The translations under genes were made by a program, and so were the position numbers. From Glaucostegus cemiculus (lineage: Eukaryota), in assembly GCA_976551045.1 (NCBI GenBank), contig CDPCPM010000011.1, positions 7,068,001 through 7,132,000 of the forward strand: a DNA stretch of 64,000 nucleotides. The letters run 5' to 3'. Each line of letters opens with the position of its first letter. Position 1 is the stretch's first letter. A model generated the notes under the pieces. That model did not search any database and was not told the DNA's origin. It saw only the letters and a program-made list of their open reading frames with translations. Shown here in pieces: positions 49,440 through 62,024 of the stretch.

Positions 49440-49795
49440 ATCATATGCCCTAGACACTGGCATTGTTCCTCTGCAATCTGGGTCTGAATGTAGCCAAGAC
49501 AGACACTTGAAAGGCTCCTCCATGTCTGGGTTTAAGTGAAAAGAGCTTTTGCAATCTCAGACTATTTCCTAGTTGGTAGGGTAAAGTTCTCTAATCTGGT
49601 TCCAAGTTAGCAATGTCACTCAGAGTTACAAGGTTGGAAATGAAAAACTAACACACTGGTTTATCTAAGAGTGCATTTGAGCCATGGAATTGGTTGAAGT
49701 TGTTTGAAGTTTATTCTGCATACAGTTGCTGTACCTGATGTTGATTCTGTGTTCTCAAAATGGAAAGTGTTCACTTTGATAAGCACAAATTTACA
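49440..49795 (+). mobile_element. LF-SINE-like ancient SINE
   Basis: gtgaaaagagcttttgcaatctcagactatttcctagttggtagg, gctgtacctg and cactttgataagcacaaatttac occur in the same order as remembered LF-SINE consensus blocks. Confidence 0.5.
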
Positions 49796-52389
49796 TAAAG
49801 TAAAATGAATCTGTTGCCAACTTACTTAGTTCTTAATCACACAATCATTCATCAAACTGTGTAACACTGCATTGAATATCATATTCTCACTTATATCCTA
49901 ACCCAAGTAATTATCTATGAAATATTAATTTCCAAAAGTATATTTTCTTTAGCTTAAGATGTCCCTACATTTAATATTGGTATAGTTTAATTTTCTTGCC
50001 AGTCTTTCAGGCTTAAGAATTTTAACCGCCAGTGGGATCAGTAAGTGCATAAACTAACAACAGCTAATGGTAAAATATTTGATCCCTATGTGATTACAAT
50101 GTTAAGAGTAATATTTTTTCTGAGGGAGGGAATATTTAGAAATGACATTAGTCATTGCCATTGCCCATCACTGACTAGAAGGTGTCAATATTGTTTGTAT
50201 AGGAAGAGTTATGTCTGAGGACAGACTCTGGATAAGATGAATAGATGGACAACCAAAACCATTTTCCATCACTCTTCCCTAAACTGGCATGACACAAAGT
50301 TTATTAAAATATTAAATCATCTTTCCCCTTTCCAAGTAAAAACAATTCAAATATCTGCAAGGAACTGAATGCCTATTACTTATAGATATTGAAATTAAGG
50401 AGCATTTGCAAACATCCCAAGTTTGAATGCCCTTCATTTTTTTAATGGGAATTGTGCCAAAAGTCTTACTTCAATTGCCTGGAACTCATAACCATTTTCT
50501 CTATTGCCATTCACCTCAGAACAAACTGGAGGTTTTTTGCTGCACTCTATTTTTGAAAAAGGCAGATGGTAACACTTAACAGTTCTGAAGTCAAAAGTAT
50601 CTTTGTAGGAGATGGGGTACCAATATTACATTTCCCCTAATACTTCTGACTATGGGGCATAAGGTATAATTAAGATTCATGTTGGTATTTCAAGGATTAC
50701 TCCAACACTGAATTCTATACATACCTTCCAATCAATAGTGAGTTAAATCATGACAATATCATGGCAATCTAATATGATCTCCTCAAATATACTTTATTAT
50801 TTTATATCATTTAACTAATAAATTTGTTTAATGGTAGGTCCTTCAGGATTTCCTTAGAATGGCTAGTTTCAGAAATCACTTTACTAAAATGGCAATGTAA
50901 CTTTAAAGAAATTGTTTTTGCGGAGGTTTGAGAGAAGATGCATTTCCCAATGTTACGGAAATTATGTATGACTGGACTCTCAAGAACAAATAATTATTTG
51001 AATTTGAACTGCTACACTGATGTGCATTTCTCCCTCGGGTGTGAGGCACAGAAAGCTATGGCCTAGTTTTTCCAATCATAATGCCAACGATAACCCATTA
51101 AAATGAATAGGCTGCTGTCGGCTTTACAATTGGAAAAGCTAGGGCAATAGTTATAAAATTTCATTTCTGTTATAGCAAAATTTGTATAAACTCTTTGACT
51201 ATCATCTCAAGGGGCTATTTTATTTCCTAATCCACTAATTTCCTGTCCTGACGCCATTGACTCCTTGATGGAGTATGCATCCACCACCCTCCACTCAGTT
51301 ACTCAAGTGACTAGTCCTCTTTCAGTGACTGTTCACAGATTATTTGACAGCAAGAACACATTTGAATAGGGAATGAAACCTGGCTTCTTGTGAATAACCC
51401 AGCTACTCACTGGATAAACTCGTAAAGTCATTAAGTGATTCAAAGAGTCCTGTTATCAAACAGCTCCCTGTTGCACCTCTTGTAGATTAGAGTATGGATT
51501 AGTTAATTTCAGCTCTATTCATAATATGGATTCATTTGTATTGGTTATCATAATGTGTTGTTTATTTTATGTAGTAATGTAACTGCAGCAATGTAGATCC
51601 AAAGGTAACACTGAAGTTACAGCAACAGACATTTAGGCTTTAAAACGTTGCGTTGTAACCTCGCAAACCTTTCAACCACTCAACGTTTAGCTGCCATCAT
51701 CCATGTGATTCAAATTAGTGATGGCACAGGAGATTGTAGAACATTTCTCCAAACTTTAGCTCTATATTTCTTCCTGATTTATTATGGGATGAAATCAGGC
51801 AGTGCAATCTCTGTTCCAAATCTTAAGACTATAACAAATTTGCTTTGCTTGCTATTGTAACAAAGGTGTTCTACCATTCATAATCAACGGAATGATGCCT
51901 CCACTGAAAAACCAGAGAGATTTCAATACAAATGGATTGAGCATTTGTGCACTATTATTGTAAAGTGTGATTTCACCCCAAAGGAATCCCAATTGTTAAC
52001 GTGCTCTCATATAACTGGAAGCATCTAGTGAATAAAAATTCTTGAAATGTTTGATCTAATAACTGCTGCAAATCTGCATTTCACAGGACAAGAAGTTTAA
52101 CTTGTCAAGGTTGGTTTAAAAACTTCTGGGAAACGCTGGCCAGTATAATTGCTTGATGCCTTCTCTGGTGTGTTATTTTTGGTATGCTGGCTTTCATTCT
52201 GGGTTGTGTAACTGAACAGGCTCTGCCCACAGACTGGTAATGGCATGCATTAATAATCAGTTAGTGAACACCACCTGCTCTGTCATTATTACTGGCAAAA
52301 AATGGTAAAACTGATTGGTCATTCTCCTTTGAATATTTTGGATTGTTTTGTGTTGAACCTAAACCAAAATTCCTCTGTGATCAGCAACT

Positions 52390-55170
52390 TCTCTTCTTCC
52401 TCAGGATCCAGGATGACTGGCTTCCACACTAGTTCTGTGGGCTCTGAGATGACCGATGTGGTAACCCGCAGACTCTGCCACAGGTGGGGCAAGATGTGCG
52501 TCATGGGGTTGGTGAGTGGGAGGTTTGAGTGGTGGTATGCTCCTTCTGCCACTTACATTTAGTTTTTTGTGCTCCCAAAGAATGGACTCAAGGTTCTTAA
52601 TTCCATCCCAAATGCTCCTCAGTTTCAGTGGTCAGGGATTGCTACAATTTGGTGGGGATGCTGCACTTTCTCAAGGAGGCTTTTACAACATCTTAGAATC
52701 TTTTCCTAGGTCTATTGCTGTGATGGAGCTCAGAATAAAATGTCTCTTGGGGATTTGGTGTTGGGCATGTCAATAACATGGCCTACCCATGGAGTAGGCT
52801 GGGTGTAATTGGGGCTTTGGTGTTGTGGATGTTGACCTGAAAGAGGATGCTGTTGTTGGTTCACTTATCCTGCCTGTGTAGTTGGAGAATTTTTGCAGAG
52901 GAGTATTGTTATTGTCTCTCTGGGGCTTTGAAGTGCCTTTTATAAGGAGTCTGTGTCTCAGAAGCATACAGAAGGGCAGAGATTACTGCTGTCCAGTAGA
53001 CCATGAACTTTGTGCCTTGACCTTCAAACAAATGGCTAAAAGCTGTACTAGCACATTGAAGATGATGGTGAAGTTCATCATCGATATCCAGCTTTATGAA
53101 GAACTGGCTCCTTATAATGTGGGAAATGCACCCTATTTTCCAGGATTATATCTTGGGCCTTTATTGCTAAAGAATGACATTGTACAGCAGGGGCAAGTGA
53201 GTTGAGGAATTCTGTTCTGCAGATGTTAATTGCGAAGTACATTCTACTGTATCCTTCAGTGAACAAGTTGATAACTTGGAGTCTGGCTTCCATATGTGCA
53301 CGTAAGCAGACATGGTCTGTACACTGAGCTTGATGCTTGAAGTTGGTTTTGGAGTGGACATATGCTGAACAGTTTCCCACCAAGGCTTTTGGACACATTG
53401 AAACAATGTACTTCTCTTGGAGTTGAAGATCATGCCCAGTGTCTCTCTATGTGGATGGAATCAAACCGTGATTTGGAAAGTAGCTCTTTGGCCACTGGGA
53501 GTTAGTGGAGATGACTTCCCAGGGGCAGACAGCAGGGAGAACTTTCAGTAGTCACCACAATTGGATTTATCTCCTTTCAAAATACTCACTATTACAGCAA
53601 CTCTAGATACCATGGTCTGTCCTCTTCCCAGAGATGAGGTTGTAAACCAATAACAAAACTTCCTTTCTCTTAAGTTTAGGAACTTCAGCCGAGATACTAT
53701 CTGCTTCTAAAGCTTTTGTTTTTAGAGGTATGTGGCTTCTTGTTGGTCAGTATCAGTGGAAAGAGTGAGCCAGATAGTTCACTGGGGATGGAGTCAAGAG
53801 CACTCACATCCAGTTCAGTCGCAGTTGAGGCATTCTTCTAGTTGTTCCTTATGGCCGGTGCTGATAATCTCTTTGACCTTGATAAGTTTGCCTCCTTCCT
53901 TGGCTCTTAACAGTGTGGGCCCTCGAGTATTTGAACCATAGATGGTCTTGACAGCAAAGAAGAATCATAAATGTGAGCTCATCGGCAAGTTGTTGGACCT
54001 CCTTCCACCATCTGTTCTTTGGGCCACAGATTTTCCGTTAGGCCTCAGCTTCAGGTGTCTGTAGAGGTGTTTCTTTTCCCTTGAGATCTGGTGTAGCTTC
54101 CTGTCCAAGAGCACCTTGTACGTGTGGTTACTTAGCTCCTGGTTAATTAACTCCTGGAGTGCTTGGTCATTCTCTTCAAACCATTCCTGGTGTTTTCTGG
54201 GAGAAAAGCAGGAGTTTCCTTACAGGTGGACTTCAGGGATTCTGGACACTCTGCAGTTCCTATGGAATGGGGATTGTCAGGTTGCCTTTTAGGCACTGTC
54301 TGGGTCTTATCTTTAGAGCACCTTGAGAAGTTGAGTATCGATTTTCTTTGGCAATGTTGTTTTGGAGCTATGCTGATGGAGACAACAGAACAGATTAGGC
54401 AGTAATTACTCCAACATTCATAGTGCAGCTGATGCAGATACCTTTGGTGTAATAACAGGAGCTCGTGCTTGGATTGGACATGGTGCCTTAAGTCTTGCAC
54501 TTGACTCTCTTTGAAACAAGGTTTTGGTTATGACAAGACTGTGATTGAAGGATTTTTTCAGGACGGGTATTTATCTTTCCCTGTTCCCTCTTTGCACCTT
54601 TTCCAACCCTAGCACTGAAGTCTCCCAAGGGAATCAGTTTGTATTTAGTAATCAGACCAAGGTTTTTTTACACATCCTCCTTGGCCTCATCCGTAGCTTA
54701 CGCGCTTGGGGCATATGTGCTGAAGACTGTAGCATGCCTGTTCTGTGATAGAATGAGCCATGGGTTCATGAATTGTTCATTTATCCCACAGGAAGAGTTG
54801 CTGAGTGCCAGACTAGCTCATTTTTTACAGCAAACTCCACCTCATGATGTTTCTCTTCCATTTTGCTCTTCCAGTAGGTGTACCCATCATTTTATCTTTG
54901 AGTTATCTATCTTCTGCCTGTTGCTTCTCACTCAGGGCACTGATGACAAAGTCAAAGGGTCCGACTTCCCTGCCCATGATAATGGAGTGGCATTCAGATC
55001 TCACTCTCCCACAGCCATCACTCCCGAATGGTTCAGGTAATGGACTCTGCACTGTTATGGGAAACCTGTTCAAGAGCAGAGTGTTGTCTATTGTTGTACT
55101 GACATCTCAAACTCCAAACTTTGCAGTGAGGAGTTCCAAGGTGACTGGAGACCAGGCCCTGCTTCTGTGT
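52390..55170 (-). mobile_element. RTE-clade LINE, near full span but decayed (APE endonuclease and RT)
   Basis: Minus strand gives SALSE..GYTYWKS..HEVEFAVKNEL (APE, about 54820-54950) and AKILQLHRQDK*TNNSIL (RTE RT C-terminal region, about 52840-52900); tail ...gaggaagaagag near 52390. Confidence 0.8.
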
Positions 55171-55173
55171 AAT

Positions 55174-55199
55174 CACACACACACACACACACACACACA
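55174..55199. repeat. (CA)13 microsatellite followed by a degenerate CA/TG tract to about 55292
   Basis: Directly visible. Confidence 0.95.
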
Positions 55200-56469
55200 G
55201 GTGGACATGTAAGTAGGCATCTCCCAGCTTGCATGTGTGCACACACATGCAAGCATACACATGCACTACATGTGCCCATGCTTGCACACATGCTCAGATG
55301 CTTGTCTGCTGTTTCATCCTTGGTCCCTATCTGCCCTGTCAACATCTCCTTAATCCATCCAAACTTTGATCTTGTCCATCCTGAACATCATCTCCTTCAG
55401 TGTCCCCCTTGGTCCCCCACCACCTCCCACGTCTTCCCACACACCCTCACTCTTTCAGACAGTTAAGCTCCCCCTCTTAGACACTGCCGCTTTCAGCCAG
55501 CTCTGGCCTCTGTTGTCCACCCACCACAACTTTTCTTCTCCTCAAAACTCTACAGCCAAGTCCTCCCACTTTGTCTCCAAGCCCTCCTCCTGTGCACCAT
55601 CACTGAAAGGCATTCCCCAGCAATAGGCTGGGCGTGGGTGTGAAGTGGCTGATGGATGGCTTAGGGTTGCAGGAACACAACAGTGTACCCTTATCATTCC
55701 CACTCCTTTGGCACGCCTGCTCCTTCTTCCACTCCCACTTCATGCCTGTCCTAGCTCCCTTCATCTGCCTGCCTACATCCAGCGCATGCCTTCCCCATTC
55801 CTACTCCCATTGCTTCCCTGTCCGTGTTCCTACTTCCACTGCATGTCTGCTCCTTCTCCCACCACGTGGTCTGCCCCCATTCCCACTCTCAGTACTCATC
55901 CTCTCCTCTCCCATGCCCCCTGTGGAGCTGCACCCTCTCCCATTCCCCCTGCACACCTTCTCCCACTCCCGTCTACAGGTCCGTCATCACTCCCGTTGTG
56001 CAGTTGGGTGTGAGAGCAGCAGCATTCTCCTGTTGTTACTACCACAACATTACCAGTTAGAAATTAGATAAAATAAATTGTATGTTTATGTAAGTAAACC
56101 CAGTAGCAACTTGTTTCTTCATTTTCAATGGTTCAGAAAATGGACACTGCACAGTATTATAAGCAACATGCTTAAGATTAAATGATTACCTTCCATAAAT
56201 TCATTCCCTTTCGTTCCAAAGTAAAAATATTCTGACCATGACCAATTTTAATAATGTTCATTCCAGTCAGCACTCAACCACAATTTGAATCTATAAATTA
56301 CGATCAAATTCTCCATTCAGTTTCACTTGTGCATAAGGGAAGGAGTTGGTTCCAAAACCACAGTACTCTAAATTTGGCTACAGTTCAAGTATTTGGGAAA
56401 ATGTAATACATTTTGGATTACTTTGGTTTCCCAGTGAATCACCTCTATGAAACCGAGCGATAATTAGTT

Positions 56470-56518
56470 GAGAGAGGGAAAGAGAGAGAGAGTGTGTGTG
56501 TGTGTGCGTGCATGTGTG
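56470..56518. repeat. Compound (GA)n(GT)n microsatellite
   Basis: Directly visible. Confidence 0.9.
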
Positions 56519-57659
56519 CTGAGCTACATCAAAAATGCCACTTTGAAAATATCACATGATGCATAACAATCTGCAACTGTGGTAAATAAAAGAATGAAAG
56601 GCTCCACGGACTATTAAAGAATCAAGCAATCTTTCAAAGGAAACCTTTTGGGGAAAGAATTCGTCTGTTCACTAATTGTAGCAAAATTCAAAACAGTTTC
56701 TTTATAAACAGACTTATCTTCTACTGCACATCAGAACAAACTGAACTACAGAGTAGTTCATTGCAGCTAGCTCCCTTTAGCTACCCTCTGAAGAGCTCTA
56801 GCTATAGCTTCCAACCTTACAGGCATTTTTTTTCATATAAGTGATAACCACACTCAGGAAATACCCCATGGAGATAATGGGGCCACTGAGACAAAGTGGA
56901 AATTATACATAAGATGCACAAAAGTTAGGAAATGTGCTTTAACATTGAAAATGAACATTGACATTCAATGTAAACTTAGAGCACTAACAGGCAGAAACTA
57001 AGCAGACCAACTTATTCTGCAGTTTTATTTGAGCTACAACGTACTGGCTTTTAAATCTAAATTCACTAAATTCATTGGCATTAGATTCAGATTATCTGGG
57101 AACCATGAGTGCCTTCAGACATCCAACACCATCTGCAGAATACACACACTTTTATGCAACAAGTTACACTGGACACCAACCTGGTAAGAATATTAGCCTG
57201 TGCCTATTGGAAGTTTGGGAGAGGTAGATTATGATGTGAATCAGTGTGGAATGCTGATTAGATGTCAATGTTGCCATTATGGATTCTGGCTTCAGATGTA
57301 ACATTTCCTAATTTTACAGCTGGATCTCCATAAAGCAGTAGGAAGAATTCCCTGTCACCATCACCATATTTTTTGTTTTAAGAGGGTCATCCTGTATTTG
57401 CATGTTTATTGTTGGTTGATTTCCTCTGACTGTTGCTTTAATTCTACAAGCATTTGGTGCCTTTGATATTTGTACCAAGTTGCAAAGGGCCAGCTTAGGT
57501 GGTGTTGCCAGATGCTGAAGGACTTCAAGGCTTCTGGAGATTGCTCTCTGATGTGAATGCATTAGAAGGAATACAATGCACTTGGTGTACAATATGATTG
57601 GGAGAATGAGCAGAGGACTGCTGATGGAACAAGCTGGTGGAGAGACATCAGGTGGCTAC

Positions 57660-57950
57660 ACAGTGATGTACAAGGTTCTGGAAGGGAGTGACAGGGTAGA
57701 TGCTGTTTTCTCTGGTTGGGGAATGTACAACCAGAAGGCATAGCCTCAGGATTGAGATGAGGAGAAATTTATTCAGAGGGTTGTAAATCTTTGGAATTCC
57801 TTCCCTCAGAAATCAGTGGACACTTGCTCATGATAATGTCCAAGGCTGTAATCAATAGATTTTTGGACATCAAGGGTATGAAGGAATATGGAAGTTTAGT
57901 GGGAAGTTGGGTTTGGAGTACGGTTTCAGACCTGAATTCCAACATTGATG
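57660..57950 (+). mobile_element. CR1 3' fragment
   Basis: gagatgaggagaaatttattcagagggttgtaaatctttggaattccttccctcag (QRVVNLWNSFPQ). Confidence 0.8.
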
Positions 57951-59059
57951 CTGGTCCTTCTGAGCAGGAGAAGCAGGAGGCAGAGAAGCAAAAAGAGCTC
58001 ATCTGTCCATGATGTTCAAGATGCAGTCTCTTACATGAACCACGATGAGAACAATCTGTTCTTGCCTCAAATAAATTACGTTAACTGAAATCTGCTGTGA
58101 CCACAATTACAATCTCAGGTCAGAACCAAGATTCACAATGAAATTTTTTGTGTCCTGTTAGTTCCAGACTAAAAGTGGAGATTTTGCAACAACTCATTTT
58201 TATCTATCCTATGCTGTATATCGTAGATAATTAATGTTAACTGTACTTCATTCTCTTTTGCCAGAGACTACCATTAGGGAGGAGCAATGGCTTTCCCAGG
58301 ATCATTTTGGAGAGTGCTATTCACAGTAAGTACATTGCTTTGTGGATGCTGAATGTCAACTGAGTAGCCTTTCTGAGAACAAAAGAGATTTAATTCCTCA
58401 ATACCTTGCTGTAATGCAATCATGGTCAGTGCATGATATCCTGGCAGTGATTATGATATCTTAATTCTATGCTCTTCTACATTTAAGCCACCAGCAAAAT
58501 AAAGGGTGGCTCTGGCATCATGTGTGGACATATTATCAGCCAGTATGCAACCACTACCATCTTATGAACAGCTGAACCACATGGGCTACAGCCAGCTTTG
58601 ATCCTAGCCTAAGATACTTCTGTTAACTTTAGCCGGGTTTTTGGTCAATGTGCTGTGTTGGCCTCAATGCTTCTTGATAAGAGAGAGGAAAATAGACATG
58701 AGTCTTGCAGCTGATTATCATCCTGCAAACCCTGGCTAGAAGTGAACAGAGAAGGGGAGGACGGTTTGAAGCTTGCTGATGCTGCCGTTTGTGGTGGAGC
58801 AAGCTGCCTGCTCTCACCACAGAAGGTTAAACATGAGTAAAACAAGGTACTAAAGATTGGCCAGTGCCATCTCAGGAAGGCATCTTCAGGAATGGAGAGA
58901 GGAAATCTGCCAGGGCTTTCATTTTCATGATACTATTGGCCTTGCCAATTTTCTTTCTTTTTTCTTGAAGCCACCTCATCAATAGGCAAAGCCTCATGTG
59001 CCAGCTTTGCCTGTGTATTACTTAAGTTATCTAAAGGGGAGAAGCTCTATAGCCTTAAC

Positions 59060-59290
59060 TCACTCAACACTCAGGCATTCACCTCCAGCACTGATTTCTT
59101 GATGGCCATTTGAAGGAGCAACACCATGTGATTTATGACTCCTTGGTGCAAGGACACCTAGGTCAGATGTGCACACCGCTTATCACCAGCCTAAGTCAAG
59201 ATCAGCTAACGCAACACAGATTGGACATCAAGCAATGAGTCTTTTATGTCCATGGTTCCCATATGGACCAATTTAATGACTTGAGGAGAT
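59060..59290 (-). mobile_element. Ancient SINE, AmnSINE2/UCON3-like
   Basis: Minus strand tctgtgttgcgttagctgatct, against remembered consensus tctgtgctgagttagctgatct. Confidence 0.5.
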
Positions 59291-61149
59291 ACTTCTGAAT
59301 ATGTTTTTCAGTTGTACTCATTAATTGTTCTTAAAATGGCAGTTTAAAAAACTCCCAGCATTCATGCAGAATTTTATTCTGTATTTATAGTGATGCTAAA
59401 CTTACTGCATAACACCAAATCTGAATTCTAAACACAGTAAGACTGCTACTAATGGAGGTGGTCTGTAATCCATTGGCTTTGACTCCACATGGAGTTCTGT
59501 GCTGTATGAAACTCTGTTTAAAAGTACATGTGGGATTTGTTGGATTCCTCAATGTTTTTTCAACATATCCCAGTTGTTATGAGTGCTTAGGCAGATAGCT
59601 GAAGTTTTAAAGAACTAAATAGTATCTGAAATTGTATTTTTCATAAGCTCACATCCTGTTTAACAAAGTTTATTTTATAACACAATCATTCCTGTCTCAG
59701 CTTTCAGGAAGAGAAACTGACTCATTAGTTGCCTGTTGACACGATCATAATAATAATTTTGGAAATCTGTTCTAATTTCTTAGTAACCATCCTTGTCTAT
59801 CCATCAATAATCCTCATCTGCTGATTAAATTTCATGCTGGAACTAACGGTATAAATTTTATCTGTCATGCATGGCATCTGTGACTGATAAGAGTGGATAA
59901 TTTTGTTCTTTTGGCTGCTTATCTGTCAGCACAACACTAACACTCTAAATGATCCCAAAGTGTTATAAGACAAAGCTTAAATGCATGATGTCAAAAAATG
60001 CAAGAAATGAGCGACATGAAAAAGAAGATGCAATTTATTTTTTCTACCAAGGATCTATAGATTACTGATTCCAGAAAGCTTGCTTTTCTTTAACAGTTAT
60101 ATGTTTATAAGTGGAGGATCAGCATCCTTCTTAGAACTTTTTCACATTTCTTGGCATCTTCCTGTAACGATTTCTACCCTATGTATCCCTGAATTCTTGC
60201 TTCAGGTCATACTGTTCAGGCCAATAGTGTGACCGAAACCAATTGCAAATTCTTTGGCTGCTGTATTTTGTAGTGAAAGAAGGCATGCAGAATTGGGATG
60301 GCATGGATAGGGCTATCGGTTTTTCCATGCAGGGGGGCAAACCACTTAACAGCTTAACTGAGAGGAGCCGAAAGAGATGTGAAACAATTCAGAACATTCC
60401 TAATAACTTGGTAACTCGTTTCCCACCACTCAGTGGTATATTCTAAGTACATATTTAGCACCCTGCAGTACAATACCTAATTTGGTTAGAAATGTGTATG
60501 TACTGTATAACATTTACATTAGAGACATTGACCATACCTTAAGGTTTAGCTTATGCTGGCTCTACATTAGTTAATAACTCATCAGGTTAAAAAGTGCACA
60601 TCAATAACCATGAGGGAAGGAATAGCAAAAAAACTGCCTGTGTCTGTATGTGTAAATGGAGAAATGTGTAGCTTTTGTGAATCTACTTAAATAGGAATGT
60701 TCGCTAAAATGATTAGGCATGTAGAAGTTAAGAGGTATCAGGCAGAAATGCACTTTTGTTCACTAGCGCTAAAAGGCGCAAGGGCATCAGTTGCTGGTTG
60801 TACTCACCTCTTGCATATTTGGTGATATTGACTTCAATTGAGCCATATGTACAGATACAAGAATAATTGGTGGTCTATATTCTCACTCACTTTTATTATT
60901 ATTAATCATATACATACTCCAATATACTTAAAAGGTTATGCTTAAAAGGAGAACAAACTGAACTAGGCATGAGGTTAACAAATGTTAACTGAAAAGCAGC
61001 ATTGGTCATTGCAAAACAGGGATCTCAGCTGAACAGCAGTTGCTATATTGTCATTGACCTTGGTATCAAGGATATTCATGCAGACCTGTGATGCTTACTG
61101 CAAGTTGAACAAGTGTGGATAATGGGTGAGAACAGAAGATCCCTTGTGA

Positions 61150-61430
61150 TTGGGTAAGGAATATGGATTATTTTTAATTAAATTGTGAATTGCAGGTTCA
61201 GGCTAAGTAAAGATAAATATGGGATTTGTATCAGGAAAATTGCGATCCGAAAATGTGATCCATATCTGGAATAGACTTCCATGATGAGTAGCAGAGGTGA
61301 AAACCCTGGAATCTATTTAGGATCCATTCAATCAAAAAGGATATATTTTGGGATCCTTCCGGATGGATGAGTTAAGATAGGGTACATGCCCTTAATCATC
61401 CATAGCTGTTTTGTGATTGAGGAATATTCG
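61150..61430 (+). mobile_element. Ancient CR1-like 3' end
   Basis: gtgatccatatctggaatagacttcc...gtagcagaggtgaaaaccctggaatc (VIHIWNRLP..AEVKTLES), then a short tail. Confidence 0.5.
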
Positions 61431-61949
61431 TAACCAGGGTGATGAGATAATGAGGGATGGATATGTAAACTGATATTGCTCCTTTTTGGATAGATGGGCA
61501 GATCATTAGAGGAAAAATCACAACATGTAAGAATTACATTCACTAATGAGGAATGAAATGAGATTGGATTGTGAGTAAATGGATCTAATATTTAAAATTG
61601 CGAATAGTATTGATCTCCATTTAGGATCCACCTTGCTAAGAGGTGTGATTAGATAACTCTTGCGAACTTTCTTCAAGGCCAGTTAATTTTCCTCCCTTTC
61701 TTGATATTTTTACAACAAAATCAGTGTATCATCCTGAGGCTACTATAGTTAAAAACATTATTTCCAATGGATCTGACACGAACATAAGATAAATAACTGA
61801 CTTTATTCACTTTTGTTAACACGATTCACAAAATGGATGACACATCAAAAAGGAGAAAAACAAATCTGCTGCTGTGAGCCCTCTGAAGTTAACATAGAAG
61901 GAAAATTATGATTTTTAATAAATAGAACTGTTGTAAATAACCTACTCAC

Positions 61950-62024
61950 CATAATCTTTCTTGCAGTACTTTTTCATATTTATTTTCAGTTTTCCCTTGG
62001 AAGCCTTGCAGTATGAGTCACAGT
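61950..62024 (-). CDS. NTN1: Netrin-1 penultimate coding exon (75 nt)
   Basis: Acceptor cccacaacag|AC and donor G|GTGAGT; encodes (D)[24 protein letters not shown](A), matching the netrin-1 C-domain N-terminus. Confidence 0.96.

Noticed and set aside
55634-56071. Pro/Leu/His-rich ORFs of 122-145 aa
   Set aside because: C-rich low-complexity DNA is depleted of stop codons; no domain recognised
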